The notes under the pieces: model-generated
The model's database searches: none
Seen by the model: the letters and a program-made list of their open reading frames with translations, nothing else
What the model was told of the DNA's origin: nothing
In this document: one piece after another, positions 41,916-53,211 of the stretch
How positions within the stretch are numbered: position 1 is the first letter of the stretch
How the letters are laid out: each line of letters starts with the position of its first letter
Translations under genes and position numbers: made by a program
Source: an uncultured Nitrososphaeraceae archaeon
GTDB taxonomy: Archaea; Thermoproteota; Nitrososphaeria; Nitrososphaerales; Nitrososphaeraceae
Reading direction: 5' to 3'
DNA length: 64,000 bases
Assembly (NCBI GenBank): GCA_963729045.1
Contig: CAVSMN010000015.1
Location: forward strand, 32,001-96,000

Positions 41916-42013
41916 AGGGGGTGTTTTTTCTTACAGCAGTTCCGCAAAGTTTGTCTCCGTTTTATGTCAGAATCGATGACAAGACCTTAGAGCTGTAAGA
42001 AAAAACACCCCCT
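41916..42013. repeat. Perfect 22-bp inverted repeat with 54-bp spacer (MITE/REP-like)
   Basis: AGGGGGTGTTTTTTCTTACAGC (41916-41937) / GCTGTAAGAAAAAACACCCCCT (41992-42013). Confidence 0.93.
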
Positions 42014-42224
42014 TAGTCGTTATTGTTGATCTACCTGTCAGTCTGACCATTTTTGAGAATTTGAACTTCTTGGTATAAAAAAGATGGATAAATTAGCACT
42101 TTTTTCCACAAAAAGGTTTTGGCGACGGCAAGAATTCAAATACTTTTGACTTTGTGGTCTTGAGAATTTAAGTATACTTTTGATCCCTTGATGATTTTTA
42201 TATTTTCTATATGTATGAACAATC

Positions 42225-42631
42225 ATGAGTAGTACAAACACTTCCTCAAACCTAAAAGGTTCACGCGGTCAGATTGAAATTTTCCTCTATCGGGCCCCCA
42301 AGAAAAACCATGATGGGATGGTAGAAGTTAACAGACAGTCTCGAGATTTTTTCATCAAACATGGTGCATCTAGCTTTGAAGTATTTTCTCTTACAGTAGA
42401 GAAAACATGATGGAATTTGTAAATTTATCTAAAACAATTTCAGCCAGCGAAGATGAAGAAGTTTGGCTTGAAATACAATCCTACAGAGATGCAGAGCATG
42501 TAAAAGAATTTACTGCTAGTATGCAAGGAGACAAAAGTGCTGAACCAATCTACAAACAATTCATGGAACTAATTACTCCAGGCTCCATAGTCTCATTTGG
42601 TGGCTTTGGCAAGATTGAGGAAATATCCTAA
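42225..42631 (+). CDS. DUF1428-like small protein, apparent frameshift about 42393
   Basis: YRAPKKNHD...KHGA, then EEVWLEIQSYRDAEH...GGF across two overlapping ORFs. Confidence 0.65.
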
Positions 42632-42646
42632 CTCGGAGATATTGAA

Positions 42647-43722
42647 ATGAAGAAATTAATACTAGGTGCAGCATTTTGTTTGGGTTTCGCACTATTTTTT
42701 TGTGGGTTTTTAAATACCAACCAACAAAACATGACCTTTGGTCAGAATGAAACTAGCAGCAACAATTCAACGATAACTATACCCACAACAATATCCTCAG
42801 AGGCTCAAAATGCTTTGAAAAACATTACATCGCAAATGCCAGAGTTTGTTACTCCTGGACCAAATGATTTGAAGGGTTGGGAAGAATTGAATAAACAGGT
42901 TTCTGCTATGTCGACAGCACAATCCCAATCACTTGTTGATAGTTTTGAAACCTAATATAACACTCTACCAAATTAGGTAACGTACCCGTACTTGATATCA
43001 AACCAAAAAGTTGGGTGGACAATGGTAAGGTTCTGGTTTATGTACATGGCGGAGGATATACCATCCTTGGAGCAAATTCTACATTAAACAATTCTGTACC
43101 AGTAGCAAATGCCACTGGACTTAGAATCATATCTATAGACTACTCTCTTGCTCCTTCTTCAAAGTGGGATGAGATAACAGGTGAAGTTGTATCTGTAATT
43201 AAAGCATTAAAGGATCAAGGTAACTCCATTGAGAACATTGCCATGTATGGTGATTCAGCAGGCGGTGGCTTGGTTGCAAGTTCGGTCTTAAAAATGCGTG
43301 ATGAAGGTATCGGGGTTCCAGCTGCTATAACACTTTGGTCTCCTTGGACAGATGTTTCTGGAGCTGGTGACACATACTCAACACTGAAGAATGCGGACCC
43401 ATTCGTTCCCGATTCAATGTTGAAAAATATGGGTGGTGCCTATGCTAATGTTACGGACCAGAAGAATCCCTATGTTTCTCCAGTATATGGGAACTTTAGT
43501 AAAGGATTTCCACCAACTCTAATACAAGTAGGAACAAAGGAAATTTTGCTTAGCGATTCAGTTAGACTCTATCAAGCTTTGGACCAAGCGAATATTCCAG
43601 TAAAATTGGATGTTTATGAAGGCATGCCGCACGTATTTCAAACGACTCTGTATAAAACTCCTGAATCATCTTTAGCCATTTTGAAGACTAGTGAGTTCTT
43701 AAAGGAGTATCTAAACCACTAG
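42647..43722 (+). CDS. Secreted GDXG-family alpha/beta hydrolase (esterase/lipase), apparent frameshift about 42950
   Basis: Signal peptide MKKLILGAAFCLGFALFFC; HGGG, GDSAGG, SPWTD, EGMPH. Confidence 0.85.
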
Positions 43723-43779
43723 GAGAGACATTAATCAAATCGATTTAAGAATGTAGATGATTTCTGTGAGGTGTTGTTT

Positions 43780-43855
43780 GGGGAGTGTTTTTTCTTTCCG
43801 CTCCTTTTGTGTTATTAACTTAACTCAAATAGCTGAAAGAATTTTTCCACCTTAG
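43780..43855. repeat. Degenerate copy of the GGGGGTGTTTTTTCTT hairpin element
   Basis: GGGGAGTGTTTTTTCTTTCCGCT ... AGCTGAAAGAA..CACCTTAG. Confidence 0.6.
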
Positions 43856-43981
43856 TGCCATACTGATATACTCGGGATTACTATCTAATTTTGATTATGG
43901 AATCTATTACGGTTCTAACGTACACGGGTTCAGATTAAAGTGTGCCCTATATGAGTAGTGCATAAGTATGATATCTGAAAT

Positions 43982-44218
43982 TCAATTATATTCAAATTCT
44001 ATTGCTATAGACTTGTCATAGTTTTTGATGTCGAGTCTCTTTACTAATCGTTCCAGATCATCGTCGTTATCCAATAGTTTTCTGTCTTTGATTGCAACAT
44101 ATTGACTTTCATATTCTTCCTTTAGGATTTTGTGATGGAAATGAAACTATTCAAAGTTCTTTGCCAATCTTTCTAACTTATCTAGATCTGATTTGGCAAA
44201 TTCATCTAGATTTTCCAT
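43982..44218 (-). pseudogene. DUF5678-like paralog with in-frame TAG at a conserved Trp
   Basis: MENLDEF...KNFE*FHFHHKILKEEYESQYVAIKDRK...SIAIEFEYN, same length as and alignable to 44577-44813 (NFEWF). Confidence 0.75.
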
Positions 44219-44371
44219 AGTATATAATGTAAATCTAGTTCTTGTACAATTCTCGAATGTTGCAATTTTACTCAAGAGTATGGTTCCTAATGCTTTGTAT
44301 ATGAATTCTATTAATTGAGGCGCCCATCATCTATTATGAAATGACCTAAATGATTTGTGTCTAAGGGTGCT

Positions 44372-44429
44372 GGGGGGTGTTTTTTCTTATATCTTTGGTG
44401 TAAACACTTACAAGGATAATATAAGAAAA
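44372..44429. repeat. Copy of the GGGGGTGTTTTTTCTT hairpin element with truncated right arm
   Basis: GGGGGGTGTTTTTTCTTATAT pairs with ATATAAGAAAA at 44419-44429. Confidence 0.7.
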
Positions 44430-44576
44430 TTTGCGTCATCGTGATAACTATCTATAATATTTGAAAGAATTTTGATACTACAGTTACTAATTGTTCATTG
44501 TACCACAAAGTTTTTTCTAAATCACATACAGATTTTTGTTATATCTTCATTTGCTAATCATATTAATCGTATGAGA

Positions 44577-44813
44577 TTAATTGTTTACATATTCGATGGC
44601 TATTGATTCATCACAGTTGTATAAATTCAGCCTATGTAGTAATAGATCTAAGTTGAAATCACTGTCTATTTGTTTTCTATCCTTAATGGCGACGTACTGA
44701 TCGTTATAATTTTTTTTCAATTCTTCATGATTCGAATAAAACCATTCGAAATTGTCTTTCAACTTTTCATATTTTGCAAAGTTTCTATTGGATTCCGATA
44801 TGTTAATATTCAA
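44577..44813 (-). CDS. DUF5678-like small protein
   Basis: NFEWFYSNHEELKKNYNDQYVAIKDRKQIDSD.NLD.LL pattern. Confidence 0.7.
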   Translation of the reverse strand: MNINISESNRNFAKYEKLKDNFEWFYSNHEELKKNYNDQYVAIKDRKQIDSDFNLDLLLHRLNLYNCDESIAIEYVNN

Positions 44814-45324
44814 TTTACATACCTATTTTTCTTCTATTACTTTGTTACATAAAACTATTGACTTATCTTAGATATAACAATCCAAAGGATTGAAATTTGT
44901 TCAAATTTTAACAAGTATTTGGACTATTTATATCATATTTGATCATATAGAATTGATTAAGATATGATTATCCTACTACATATCTGAATTAGAAAAGAAG
45001 TTTAACGAATCTTAAAATTTGCAGATACGTTCTTACGGAGTCAGCAATCCGAGCCACCGATTATTAAATATAGTCAGCCTAGCATTCTAAACCTATAAAT
45101 GGTTTTAAATACCATTATAAACCATTCTTAATCTTGGAGGGTCAAAAAATCTAGTTTGCTGAAGTTTATAGGAATATACATGTCTTAGTATGGGTTTATG
45201 TTTCTGATGAATTTGAGTAATGAAAAGAAGGGCTACGGATTGGAATGTTCTAGAATCTTGTTGATTGTTAACTCAAATGTTTATATGTTTATATATGTTA
45301 GTGGCTGTGGTAACCTAGTAGACT

Positions 45325-46026
45325 GTGACTTTTCACACAACGAGTTTAGAAACTGTCACCGCTCAAGCTATAGGAGTTGGTGCATCTTTTCATTCTATAC
45401 TTTCAAACAATAGATTTGTAAATGTGAATAATGCTATAGGCTATGAAAGCCTGTGTGAAAACAACGTCATCTCTAATAACATCCTTTGGAATACTTGTGG
45501 AATAAAACTGTCTGGAGGATGGGAACAGAATTCTATACCCATATCTATAAACAACAAATGTGTTAACAATCACTTTAATTATGGGGATGGTGGAATAGAA
45601 GCCGCGATCTCTATAGATGACGAAATATCTGGAAACAAATTCTATAGAACCAAAAGAATTGGTATCCAGGGGTCCTTTTTACGAACATTATTGGATAACA
45701 ACATTTTTACAGATACTAATTATGGAAACTATTGAGATAGATTGTTAGGAAACTAAATTTCTCAAAGAGCCGGTGGGATTATTGCCTATAATTCCAACAC
45801 CATTCTTATACCCAAGAACGAATGGAATAGTTTTGTAAACAACATTTTCTATAAATCTGGTATAAGATTTCTAGTAAATGGTGTACAAGAACAAGGTAAT
45901 ACAAATGGGATAGTGATAGACACAAAATATCTCAACTCTTTTATCTATCTTAACAAAGGAAATAATAAGCAAGGACTTGATCAGGAACTTTGGAACCAAA
46001 GTGCCATAATATTAAGTAATTTATGA
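45325..46026 (+). pseudogene. Fragment of right-handed parallel beta-helix (NosD/pectin-lyase-like) protein
   Basis: Repeating ISNN/NNRF/NNHF/GNKF/NNIF motifs; same frame continues past stops at 45733 and about 45753 to TGA 46026; no N-terminus. Confidence 0.6.
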
Positions 46027-46341
46027 GATTTTAATGCGACGAAATTCTCCTCCCTCAAGGTCTTGCAATACGTTTGTAGAATTGTTATCAGACGATTTTT
46101 TTAGAAGTTGCAACAATTATAAAGGATTATTCTTCTAGGTTTCATTAATATGGTCATATAAATGCCATAAGAGAAAACACCCTTAGTCTCCGTATTTGAT
46201 TGACACAATAATTTTACTACTAATGAGATCCTTTTGTCAATCCTATGGTTATGGCTGCCTCATACTTTTTTTCTCCGACATTCTAAAACCTTTAGCGGCG
46301 TCGAACACCGAATCAAACTCAATATTCCTCTAGATGGATAA

Positions 46342-46581
46342 TCAATCTTCTTCATAATATTCTACACTATAATGTTTACATTTAGTTATCCAAGAAAGAA
46401 ACATATGTTCCTCTCTACATTCATCTAGCCACAATTTATCCCTATATTCTGTCCTTGTTCTCTCATTGAGAGGAGGCCAGTGTTTCTCTCCATTAGGAGT
46501 TACATTTGTGGCAGGACCATATAATCCACTACCTATATTCATCTTAGGTACACCACCAGTTGCCTTGGGACATGAAGTCAT
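46342..46581 (-). CDS. Hypothetical protein
   Basis: 79-aa ORF, ATG start, tightly packed with 46588-46959. Confidence 0.45.
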   Translation of the reverse strand: MTSCPKATGGVPKMNIGSGLYGPATNVTPNGEKHWPPLNERTRTEYRDKLWLDECREEHMFLSWITKCKHYSVEYYEED

Positions 46582-46587
46582 CCAACA

Positions 46588-46959
46588 TTATATACTGATT
46601 TTAGCTTCTATAACATTTCCGTTTATTAATTCCATGTAGAGATCAGGACACATAATTTCATTGAATTGTTGTTCTGGGTGGTAGGTTAGGAGGACCGAGT
46701 CTTTAGGCAGATACCTGATTTTGTTTAGATGATGTTCCTGTTCTAATACTATACAATCACTATCTCTCAGGTTAAAGTCATATAGTTTGTCTAGTTCGAA
46801 TAGTTTCATACTTCCTTTTTCCTGGTAGTTCTCCATGGATTTCTTCTTATCTATTTTAGATATATCTTGTAATATCATGATTGTTATCAAGGACATCCAT
46901 ATCCAAAAGAACACTAAAGATTTCACTACCCGGCTCAACCTTTGCCGCCCCCCATTCAA
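46588..46959 (-). CDS. Hypothetical protein or fragment
   Basis: 123-aa ORF in co-oriented cluster; start uncertain. Confidence 0.4.
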   Translation of the reverse strand: MNGGRQRLSRVVKSLVFFWIWMSLITIMILQDISKIDKKKSMENYQEKGSMKLFELDKLYDFNLRDSDCIVLEQEHHLNKIRYLPKDSVLLTYHPEQQFNEIMCPDLYMELINGNVIEAKISI

Positions 46960-46968
46960 GATATTACA

Positions 46969-47370
46969 TCAATCAACTAACATCTTTAGCAACTGTTTTC
47001 TATCATCTTTATAAAGGGCGTATAGTAGACCGCGCCACCTTTCGCAGGTTTTATTAAACAACGCTTTGGCTACGGGTTTCTCTCTTTCCAAGGTGGCTAT
47101 TTTCTGCTTTGTTGAATCTTCGTTTAACTTGCTCTCTTTGTTTAACTTCAAAAGTGCTTTATAGTTATGAAATAAAGCACCCATCATAATAGGCTCTATT
47201 GAAATGGGTCTGTTGGCATTAGATAGATATTGAGTATACAGAGTGGGGTTTTCAAATATAGTATCAAACGCTTCGTTCTCATCCTTGGAGGGTAGTCCTT
47301 TCCTAAATTTAGACCAATTCAACCGCTCTATCTCAATTAACTGTCTAAATGAAGGAATACTTCAGCCCAT
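46969..47370 (-). pseudogene. MGRxIPSFR-type small helical protein (resembles PolB2-operon partner) with TGA at codon 3
   Basis: ATG GGC TGA AGT ATT CCT TCA TTT AGA = MG*SIPSFRQLIEIERLNWSKFRKGL..ENEAFDTIF. Confidence 0.55.
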
Positions 47371-49352
47371 TTGATAAGCGAATGTAGTTGTATGATATAT
47401 TATTTACGCAGAGTAAATATGTGTATCAAATTAGAATGACTAACAGTCTTAAAAACCAAACTACTGAAAAAGTTCTCTCAATGAATCTTTGCATTAGAAA
47501 TGTATAAATGTAAAGTTACAATTTCTGTCCAAGTTGGCCCAACGCAAACTTTAAACCTTGAATCTCTCCCTGCATTTCTTCTGTTTTATGACCTAGATTA
47601 GCACAAAACCTTTCTAGTTCAAGTTCATTAACATATCCTGAATCTCTTTCTCTGTTTTCGTAATATAACTACGTTTCTAGTGTATTTAACAATTGGTAAA
47701 GGTTTTGCATTGTGTCCTAACAAATATCATTTTTTCCAATAATTACTAGAATATTACTAAATTCCTTTGATGAGGTCCACACAAATATTTACTGATTGCT
47801 TGTATGAGAATGTCAATAACGTATTCAGTAGCTAGAATCCATGACTACAAATGAAAAAGCTTAATTCTGGATCTCTACTAAACCAATAATATGGACTATT
47901 ACTTGGGTTAGGGAAAAAGGCTAAATGACATTGTGGAAGTTTTACTATCTGAGGATAGGAATATTTCTCCACTGTAATATCAAAATATTACTACCTGTAT
48001 TTCAAGACCCTTCAGTCAAACTAGGTTACACAGAACTAATCTAAACGTTGATTTTGGTTTAACATTTTGATCAGACTTCTGATTTAAAGTAATCGAAAAC
48101 AATATCCTTACAAGAAAGCATAGGATCAAACATCCTTGAATATATCTAAATTATTCATGATATCTCCTAAATCTCCTTTAAACCTAATTTGATTCACATT
48201 CGTTTCTCTTGTTTGTCTCTTCATAGGCATTATGTACCGATTTGCAAACTTCAAATGAGGGAATTTCTGTAGTCACTTGTCTAAATACTATTGTATTTGT
48301 GGTTTGGTCTGTTCAGGAATGGACAAAAGAAAAATCTGATCTTTGCATTTTGATTCCATTTTATCAGATTGTTCCTCTTCTAGTCTTTTTGATTCCACCA
48401 TTGAAGTCTTTTTTATGAGTAGCTATACTCGTGGTTACAAACAATATCTAGAACACTTACTACATTCTTGTAACCACATCATTGCAAAATTCATCAGTCA
48501 TTTCTCTTCTGGACGTATTTCCGGTCCTTGGCGTTTTTTGGTAGTTTAGTTAAAGCTGTTTCAATACAGATTTAGAAAATTGCGAATCGGTTTCATTTTT
48601 TGATAGGAAATTTTTGACAGGAATTTAGTATGTTGATTTTGGATTCGCCAATTTGAATAATTACATGCAATATCGTACCCGTGATCTCAAATCTGTTTAT
48701 TTCCTTTGCGTCAAAGGTCTGTAATAGAAAACATATCAAATTTGGTTAACTTGGTACTAGTAGATATGGAGTTATTGAACAGATTCTAGGGAAACTGTAT
48801 TTACATTTTCCATGTTATCCAATGAAGGTTTTAAGCTAAATTCTATCTTTTCAACCTCCCACTTACTATTAATCCAATGTTTTTATGGATCCATGAAATA
48901 ACAACCCATCTAAATTCGATGAAACTGGAGAAAGTGGAATATTTCAAATATAGTAGTTGATTACGGTCTTATGAAATGATGCAATATTGATACCTTTTAG
49001 AGTATTGTCGAGAAATTTGATTGGATTGTTGATGATTGGTCGAGATACTTGGGTCATGCCATTCCTATCCTTGATAAAGTATTAATCATAAATAGATTTC
49101 AAATAGATATTAGTAAGATTGTGCCTTTGACGACTACCAGTCTGAAACCTTCCTCATGATCGAACATTTTCTATAATTTAACTAATCAAGCGACAAGGTC
49201 TAACTAATTTTTATCAAGTCTTGAGCATTGCTGATATTCTTGAAGAGGGATATCTGGGATTTGATTTACATCCTGCCTCTTCCTTGTATTGGTAATCAAT
49301 GAATCAAAAAACCGAAAATGTTTATATTGTCATTTAAATATTTATTGATAAT

Positions 49353-49901
49353 TTGAATAAGATAAACTCTTTTCCAAAACAAAGTCTAACGTTTGCTCAT
49401 TGTTTGGGTGGTGCGTTGGTATTACTTTTAATTAGTATGGGTGTCCCTACCTCAAATGCCCAAAACTCTGAGGAAAATATTCAATCCTCAGTGCAGATAT
49501 CAAAATCATCCACTAATTCTTATCAAATCGTAAATGAAACCGCATACATAAAACCATTTTTTGATACCTCGTATATAATTAGTGGAAGTAGTAACCTGTT
49601 GAATAACTCGGAGAACATTATTAACTCGACAATTATTAATGACTTTCTTTCTTCCCCTACTGCAGGCTATATAATGCAGCAAAATAATTCTTCTAATCCA
49701 ACCACAAATGCAACAAATGTATTGCCTGCTCTACCTAACCCTTTTGTTAATCAAGAAACCATCAGCGCTACGATCCAACAACAACTGTCTGAGGCAATTA
49801 ACTCTGCAATGGATATTGATAATTTTGAAGTAGATATAGAGTGCACCTTTGGAAACAAGATCCAGGATTGGAATTGTGAGGTGTATAGTCTACCCACCTA
49901 A
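49353..49901 (+). CDS. Secreted hypothetical protein
   Basis: Signal-peptide-like N-terminus, Asn/Ser-rich, C-terminal CTFG...WNC. Confidence 0.7.
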   Translation: MNKINSFPKQSLTFAHCLGGALVLLLISMGVPTSNAQNSEENIQSSVQISKSSTNSYQIVNETAYIKPFFDTSYIISGSSNLLNNSENIINSTIINDFLSSPTAGYIMQQNNSSNPTTNATNVLPALPNPFVNQETISATIQQQLSEAINSAMDIDNFEVDIECTFGNKIQDWNCEVYSLPT

Positions 49902-50429
49902 TTTTTGAATTTACTAAAAAACTTAATAATTCAAAATCCGATCTCATTCTTCTTAATTTATAATCATTATCTTTTTTTGAAATATGCCTCTCTGAATAGA
50001 AATTGGTTCATGCAATATATCCCCATCTGATTAGGTTTTTTGGGTAAAAAACTTTCCTTTAAGGTTCTTATCTATGATTTGGTTAAGTTTCTAGAAATAT
50101 TTTTTTTGGAACCAGTCATGAAATATGGATATTTGAAGAATACTAAATATATCTGGAAACGGATTTTGCTTTTTTATTCTAGTACTGAGCAAATAAATGA
50201 TTTATTATCTTTCAGTGGCATTTTCTTATTCTTTTCTGGTATTTAATTTTTAGAATGAATACTTATAGAATAATTTCACTTTGGCTTGATTTTGGAAAGT
50301 AAACAAATTGCTAAAACATTTTAATGAGTCAAACCCTATCAAATCAAATTTCAGCGGTATTCCTACCAATTAAAATACTTTCACAATTCATGATATATAT
50401 ATTAGTGTTTCAAAATTAACTTTAATTGG

Positions 50430-50546
50430 GCGGGGGTTGTAGAGCCTGGCCAAATAAATAATAATATTTTGGAGACGCGGGACTTAAGATCTATATAAGG
50501 GATCCCGTCTCTTAGGGGTCCGTGGGTTCAAATCCCACCCCCCGCA
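50430..50546 (+). tRNA. tRNA-Leu(TAA) with two introns (23/24: 50456-50474; 37/38: 50489-50501)
   Basis: GCGGGGG/CCCCCGC acceptor, CGGGA/TCCCG anticodon stem, long variable arm; BHB central helices CCAA/TTGG and CTTA/TAAG. Confidence 0.93.
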
Positions 50547-50878
50547 CCTTTCTTGATTATCTGTTATTCCAAAATCTAGGCTCGGTTCTGTCTACCAAAT
50601 TTGTTTTGGCTTATTGAAGTTATGGGATTTGTTTACATTTATTACTCAATTCGCAAAGACTATGAAAAGATAAGGCAAATTTCTTGGCTGGTAATGTGTT
50701 CTTGTATTTGAAACAAAACCTTTGAGATGAAACTTTGGTATCATTAAAGGTGAGGTTACGAAAATAAATTAACGATATAGATTGTTTTGTTTGTCCATTT
50801 GACCTGACTAATAATTTGATGATTTATTTCAGATCCTAAATCGGGGCCCTGGTACTGTAATTTATGTGGTACAGTTTG

Positions 50879-51520
50879 TCATTTTCTTTTTTTGGATCTA
50901 TTGTATTCTGCCATTAACTTTACTAAATTGATATGGAACCTGTTATCGTTGGCAAGTTCAGGATGAAACGATGTTCCCAAGATGTTATTTTGTCTAACGG
51001 CTACTATCCTTTTATCATATTCTGCAATAATTTCTACGTTATTACCGATCTCAGTGATTGCCGGACCTCTTATAAAAACTCCATTGAATCTTCTTTCACC
51101 CAAATAAGGTATATCTAATTCCGACTCAAAGGATTCATGCTGGCGTCCAAAGGCGTTACGTTCTATCGTAACGTCCAGAACTTTTAATAATGCCTGTTTT
51201 GTTTCGCCTATAGTTTTATCATATGCTTTATTTGATAGCATTATGAGTCCCGCACAAGTTCCTAAAATTGGTAGGCCCTCTTGGATCTTTTTTCTGATCA
51301 ACTCTGGTTGACCCCCTTGCAAGAATAAGAGCATACCTATAACTGTGCTTTCGCCTCCTGGAATAATTAGACCATCAATTTCGTCTAAATCATGCAAATC
51401 TTTCATATAGATTACAGTACCTTCAATTTCAAGTTCTTCAAATGATTCTTTAATTGCGTTTGAATTTTCTTCAATATCGCCTTGAATGCTTAGAATACCT
51501 ACTTTTAGGATAGGGTTCAA
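50879..51520 (-). CDS. pdxT: Pyridoxal 5'-phosphate synthase glutaminase subunit
   Basis: QGD, PGGEST, GTCAGLI, RNAFGRQ, FIRGP, FHPEL. Confidence 0.95.
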   Translation of the reverse strand: MNPILKVGILSIQGDIEENSNAIKESFEELEIEGTVIYMKDLHDLDEIDGLIIPGGESTVIGMLLFLQGGQPELIRKKIQEGLPILGTCAGLIMLSNKAYDKTIGETKQALLKVLDVTIERNAFGRQHESFESELDIPYLGERRFNGVFIRGPAITEIGNNVEIIAEYDKRIVAVRQNNILGTSFHPELANDNRFHINLVKLMAEYNRSKKRK

Positions 51521-52489
51521 ACCGAAGGTCCTCTCTCCTGCATTCTCAGATCTAAATTTTTCGTGTCTAATCCGATAAGTGATTTTTTTTCATCTACCAT
51601 CTTTTGAGCGTCCAAAACCTCTTTTTCATTATCATAAAATGTAGTGGCCAATACTACTGCTTTTGCCCTTGACGAGGGATCATCTGATTTGAATATCCCC
51701 GAACCGACAAAAACACCATCACAACCTAATTTCATCAGGAAAGAGGCATCAGCGGGAGTAGTAATACCACCAGCTGCAAAGTTTACTATGGGAAGCCTCC
51801 CCAATCTGCCTACTTCCAATGCTATCTCCATCGAGACCCTGTAATCCCGTAGCGAGTTTTATTATTTCTTGATAATCGTTATCCAAATAGGCCGCTCTTA
51901 GTAACCTTATTTCCTTATTCAATTTTCTTATATGATTTACCGCTTCAGCAACATTTCCAGTTCCAGGTTCACCTTTAGTTCGTATCATCGAGGCCCCTTC
52001 CTCTATTCTTCGTAATGCCTCTCCCAAATTCTTTGCACCATTTACAAAAGGTGTGGTAAACTCCCACTTCCAAATGTGATTTTCTTCGTCTGCAGGAGTT
52101 AATACTTCGCTCTCATCAATCATGTCCACCCCACAAGTTTCGAGCATTTTGGCTTCGGAGTAATGACCAATTCTACACTTTGCCATAATAGGTATTGAAA
52201 CGGCATTCATTATCTCTTCAATCGTTTTTACTCCAGCTGTTCTTGCTACCCCTCCTGCCTTCCTAACATCATAAGGCAATTTATCTAAAACCATCACAGC
52301 CACCGCGCCCGCTTCTTCTGCTATTTGAGCTTGTTCAACATTTGTTACATCCATAATAACTCCGTGTTTTTGCATGTGGGCAAAGCCCCTTTTTACTAGA
52401 ATACTCCCTCTTACAACTTTGTTGTCTCCTTCTGTCGAGACCTTTTGACCCTTCATTTCTCTATTCGCGGGTATTAATGAAATAGCCAC
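51517..52489 (-). CDS. pdxS: Pyridoxal 5'-phosphate synthase lyase subunit, apparent frameshift about 51845
   Basis: [30 protein letters not shown]; second frame [17 protein letters not shown]...FVGSGIFKS. Confidence 0.93.
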
Positions 52490-52712
52490 ATTTTTTTATT
52501 AAATAAAACGATATATAGGTATATTTTTTCAATAAGGATAAACATTTCAGCTAAAAAAAATTTTGATTTTCGCTGTCTTATCCTCTACTATCAAATAAGA
52601 CTTTTATGACTATAATCTAAAAATATTCAGAAAATCATAATTGCAACTTACTAGTCTTAGTTCGTCAAATTCAATAGCAAAATTTAAAAAGGAACCGTCT
52701 TTATTACAAATA

Positions 52713-53060
52713 ATGACTTTACCAAAAGGGTATAAACCTAGTGCACAAACTGGATCTGGTAGTAGTAGTAGTGGTAGTAGTAATAGTGGTGGTGGCAGTA
52801 GTGGTTCTTCAGGAGCAAGCAGAGACGAAATCGAGCGTATGATTGGCCGTAGAGTCGAAAATATGAGAGGTATTATTGTTTTAGGCTTTATATTATGTTG
52901 GGTGGCTACAGCTGGTGGTGTCTATGTTGGTGTTACTGTGTATCCATGGGCATATCCGTTACCAAGTGGCATATATGCTCTATCTGTTTTGACCGTTATT
53001 GAAGTTTTGGGGATGATTTGGATGCTGAAAATAGCTGGTGAAAAACCAGTAAGGATGTAA
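52713..53060 (+). CDS. amoX: Ammonia monooxygenase subunit AmoX
   Basis: MTLPKG..Gly/Ser linker..ERMIGRRVENM, two TM helices, adjacent to amoA. Confidence 0.85.
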   Translation: MTLPKGYKPSAQTGSGSSSSGSSNSGGGSSGSSGASRDEIERMIGRRVENMRGIIVLGFILCWVATAGGVYVGVTVYPWAYPLPSGIYALSVLTVIEVLGMIWMLKIAGEKPVRM

Positions 53061-53180
53061 TATCCTCCATTTTATCTTTTTAAGTTCAAAAATTTTAGAC
53101 ATTTTTAATAGTTTTGAATTAGTCATTATCAAATTATTTGATTTAGTAATTGTAGATTTTTGAAAAAATATACACAAAAT

Positions 53181-53188
53181 CTTATATA
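53181..53188 (+). promoter_or_regulatory. BRE/TATA promoter of amoA (likely leaderless)
   Basis: CAAAAT-CTTATATA ending 24 nt before the ATG. Confidence 0.65.
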
Positions 53189-53211
53189 CTACCTATAAGA
53201 ACAGCATAATA

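Larger units (their letters stand above)
40903..50429. mobile_element. Decaying genomic island between tRNA-Thr and tRNA-Leu
   Basis: Integrase remnant at tRNA, low coding density, multiple pseudogenes, dispersed hairpins; right boundary uncertain, no att repeat seen. Confidence 0.6.

Noticed and set aside
44148..47364. In-frame TAG/TGA codons as pyrrolysine or selenocysteine recoding
   Set aside because: They replace Trp and probably Arg by single transitions in a decaying island; no recoding machinery seen
14300..51850. Programmed ribosomal frameshifting in pfdA, argF, pdxS and others
   Set aside because: No consistent slippery heptamer or stimulatory structure; too many unrelated genes affected
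52641..52712. TTG-started extension of AmoX
   Set aside because: Overlaps the BRE/TATA (GCAAAATTTAAAAA); ATG 52713 fits a leaderless start
52753..52810. AGT/GGT trinucleotide run
   Set aside because: Encodes the Gly/Ser linker of AmoX; low-complexity coding sequence
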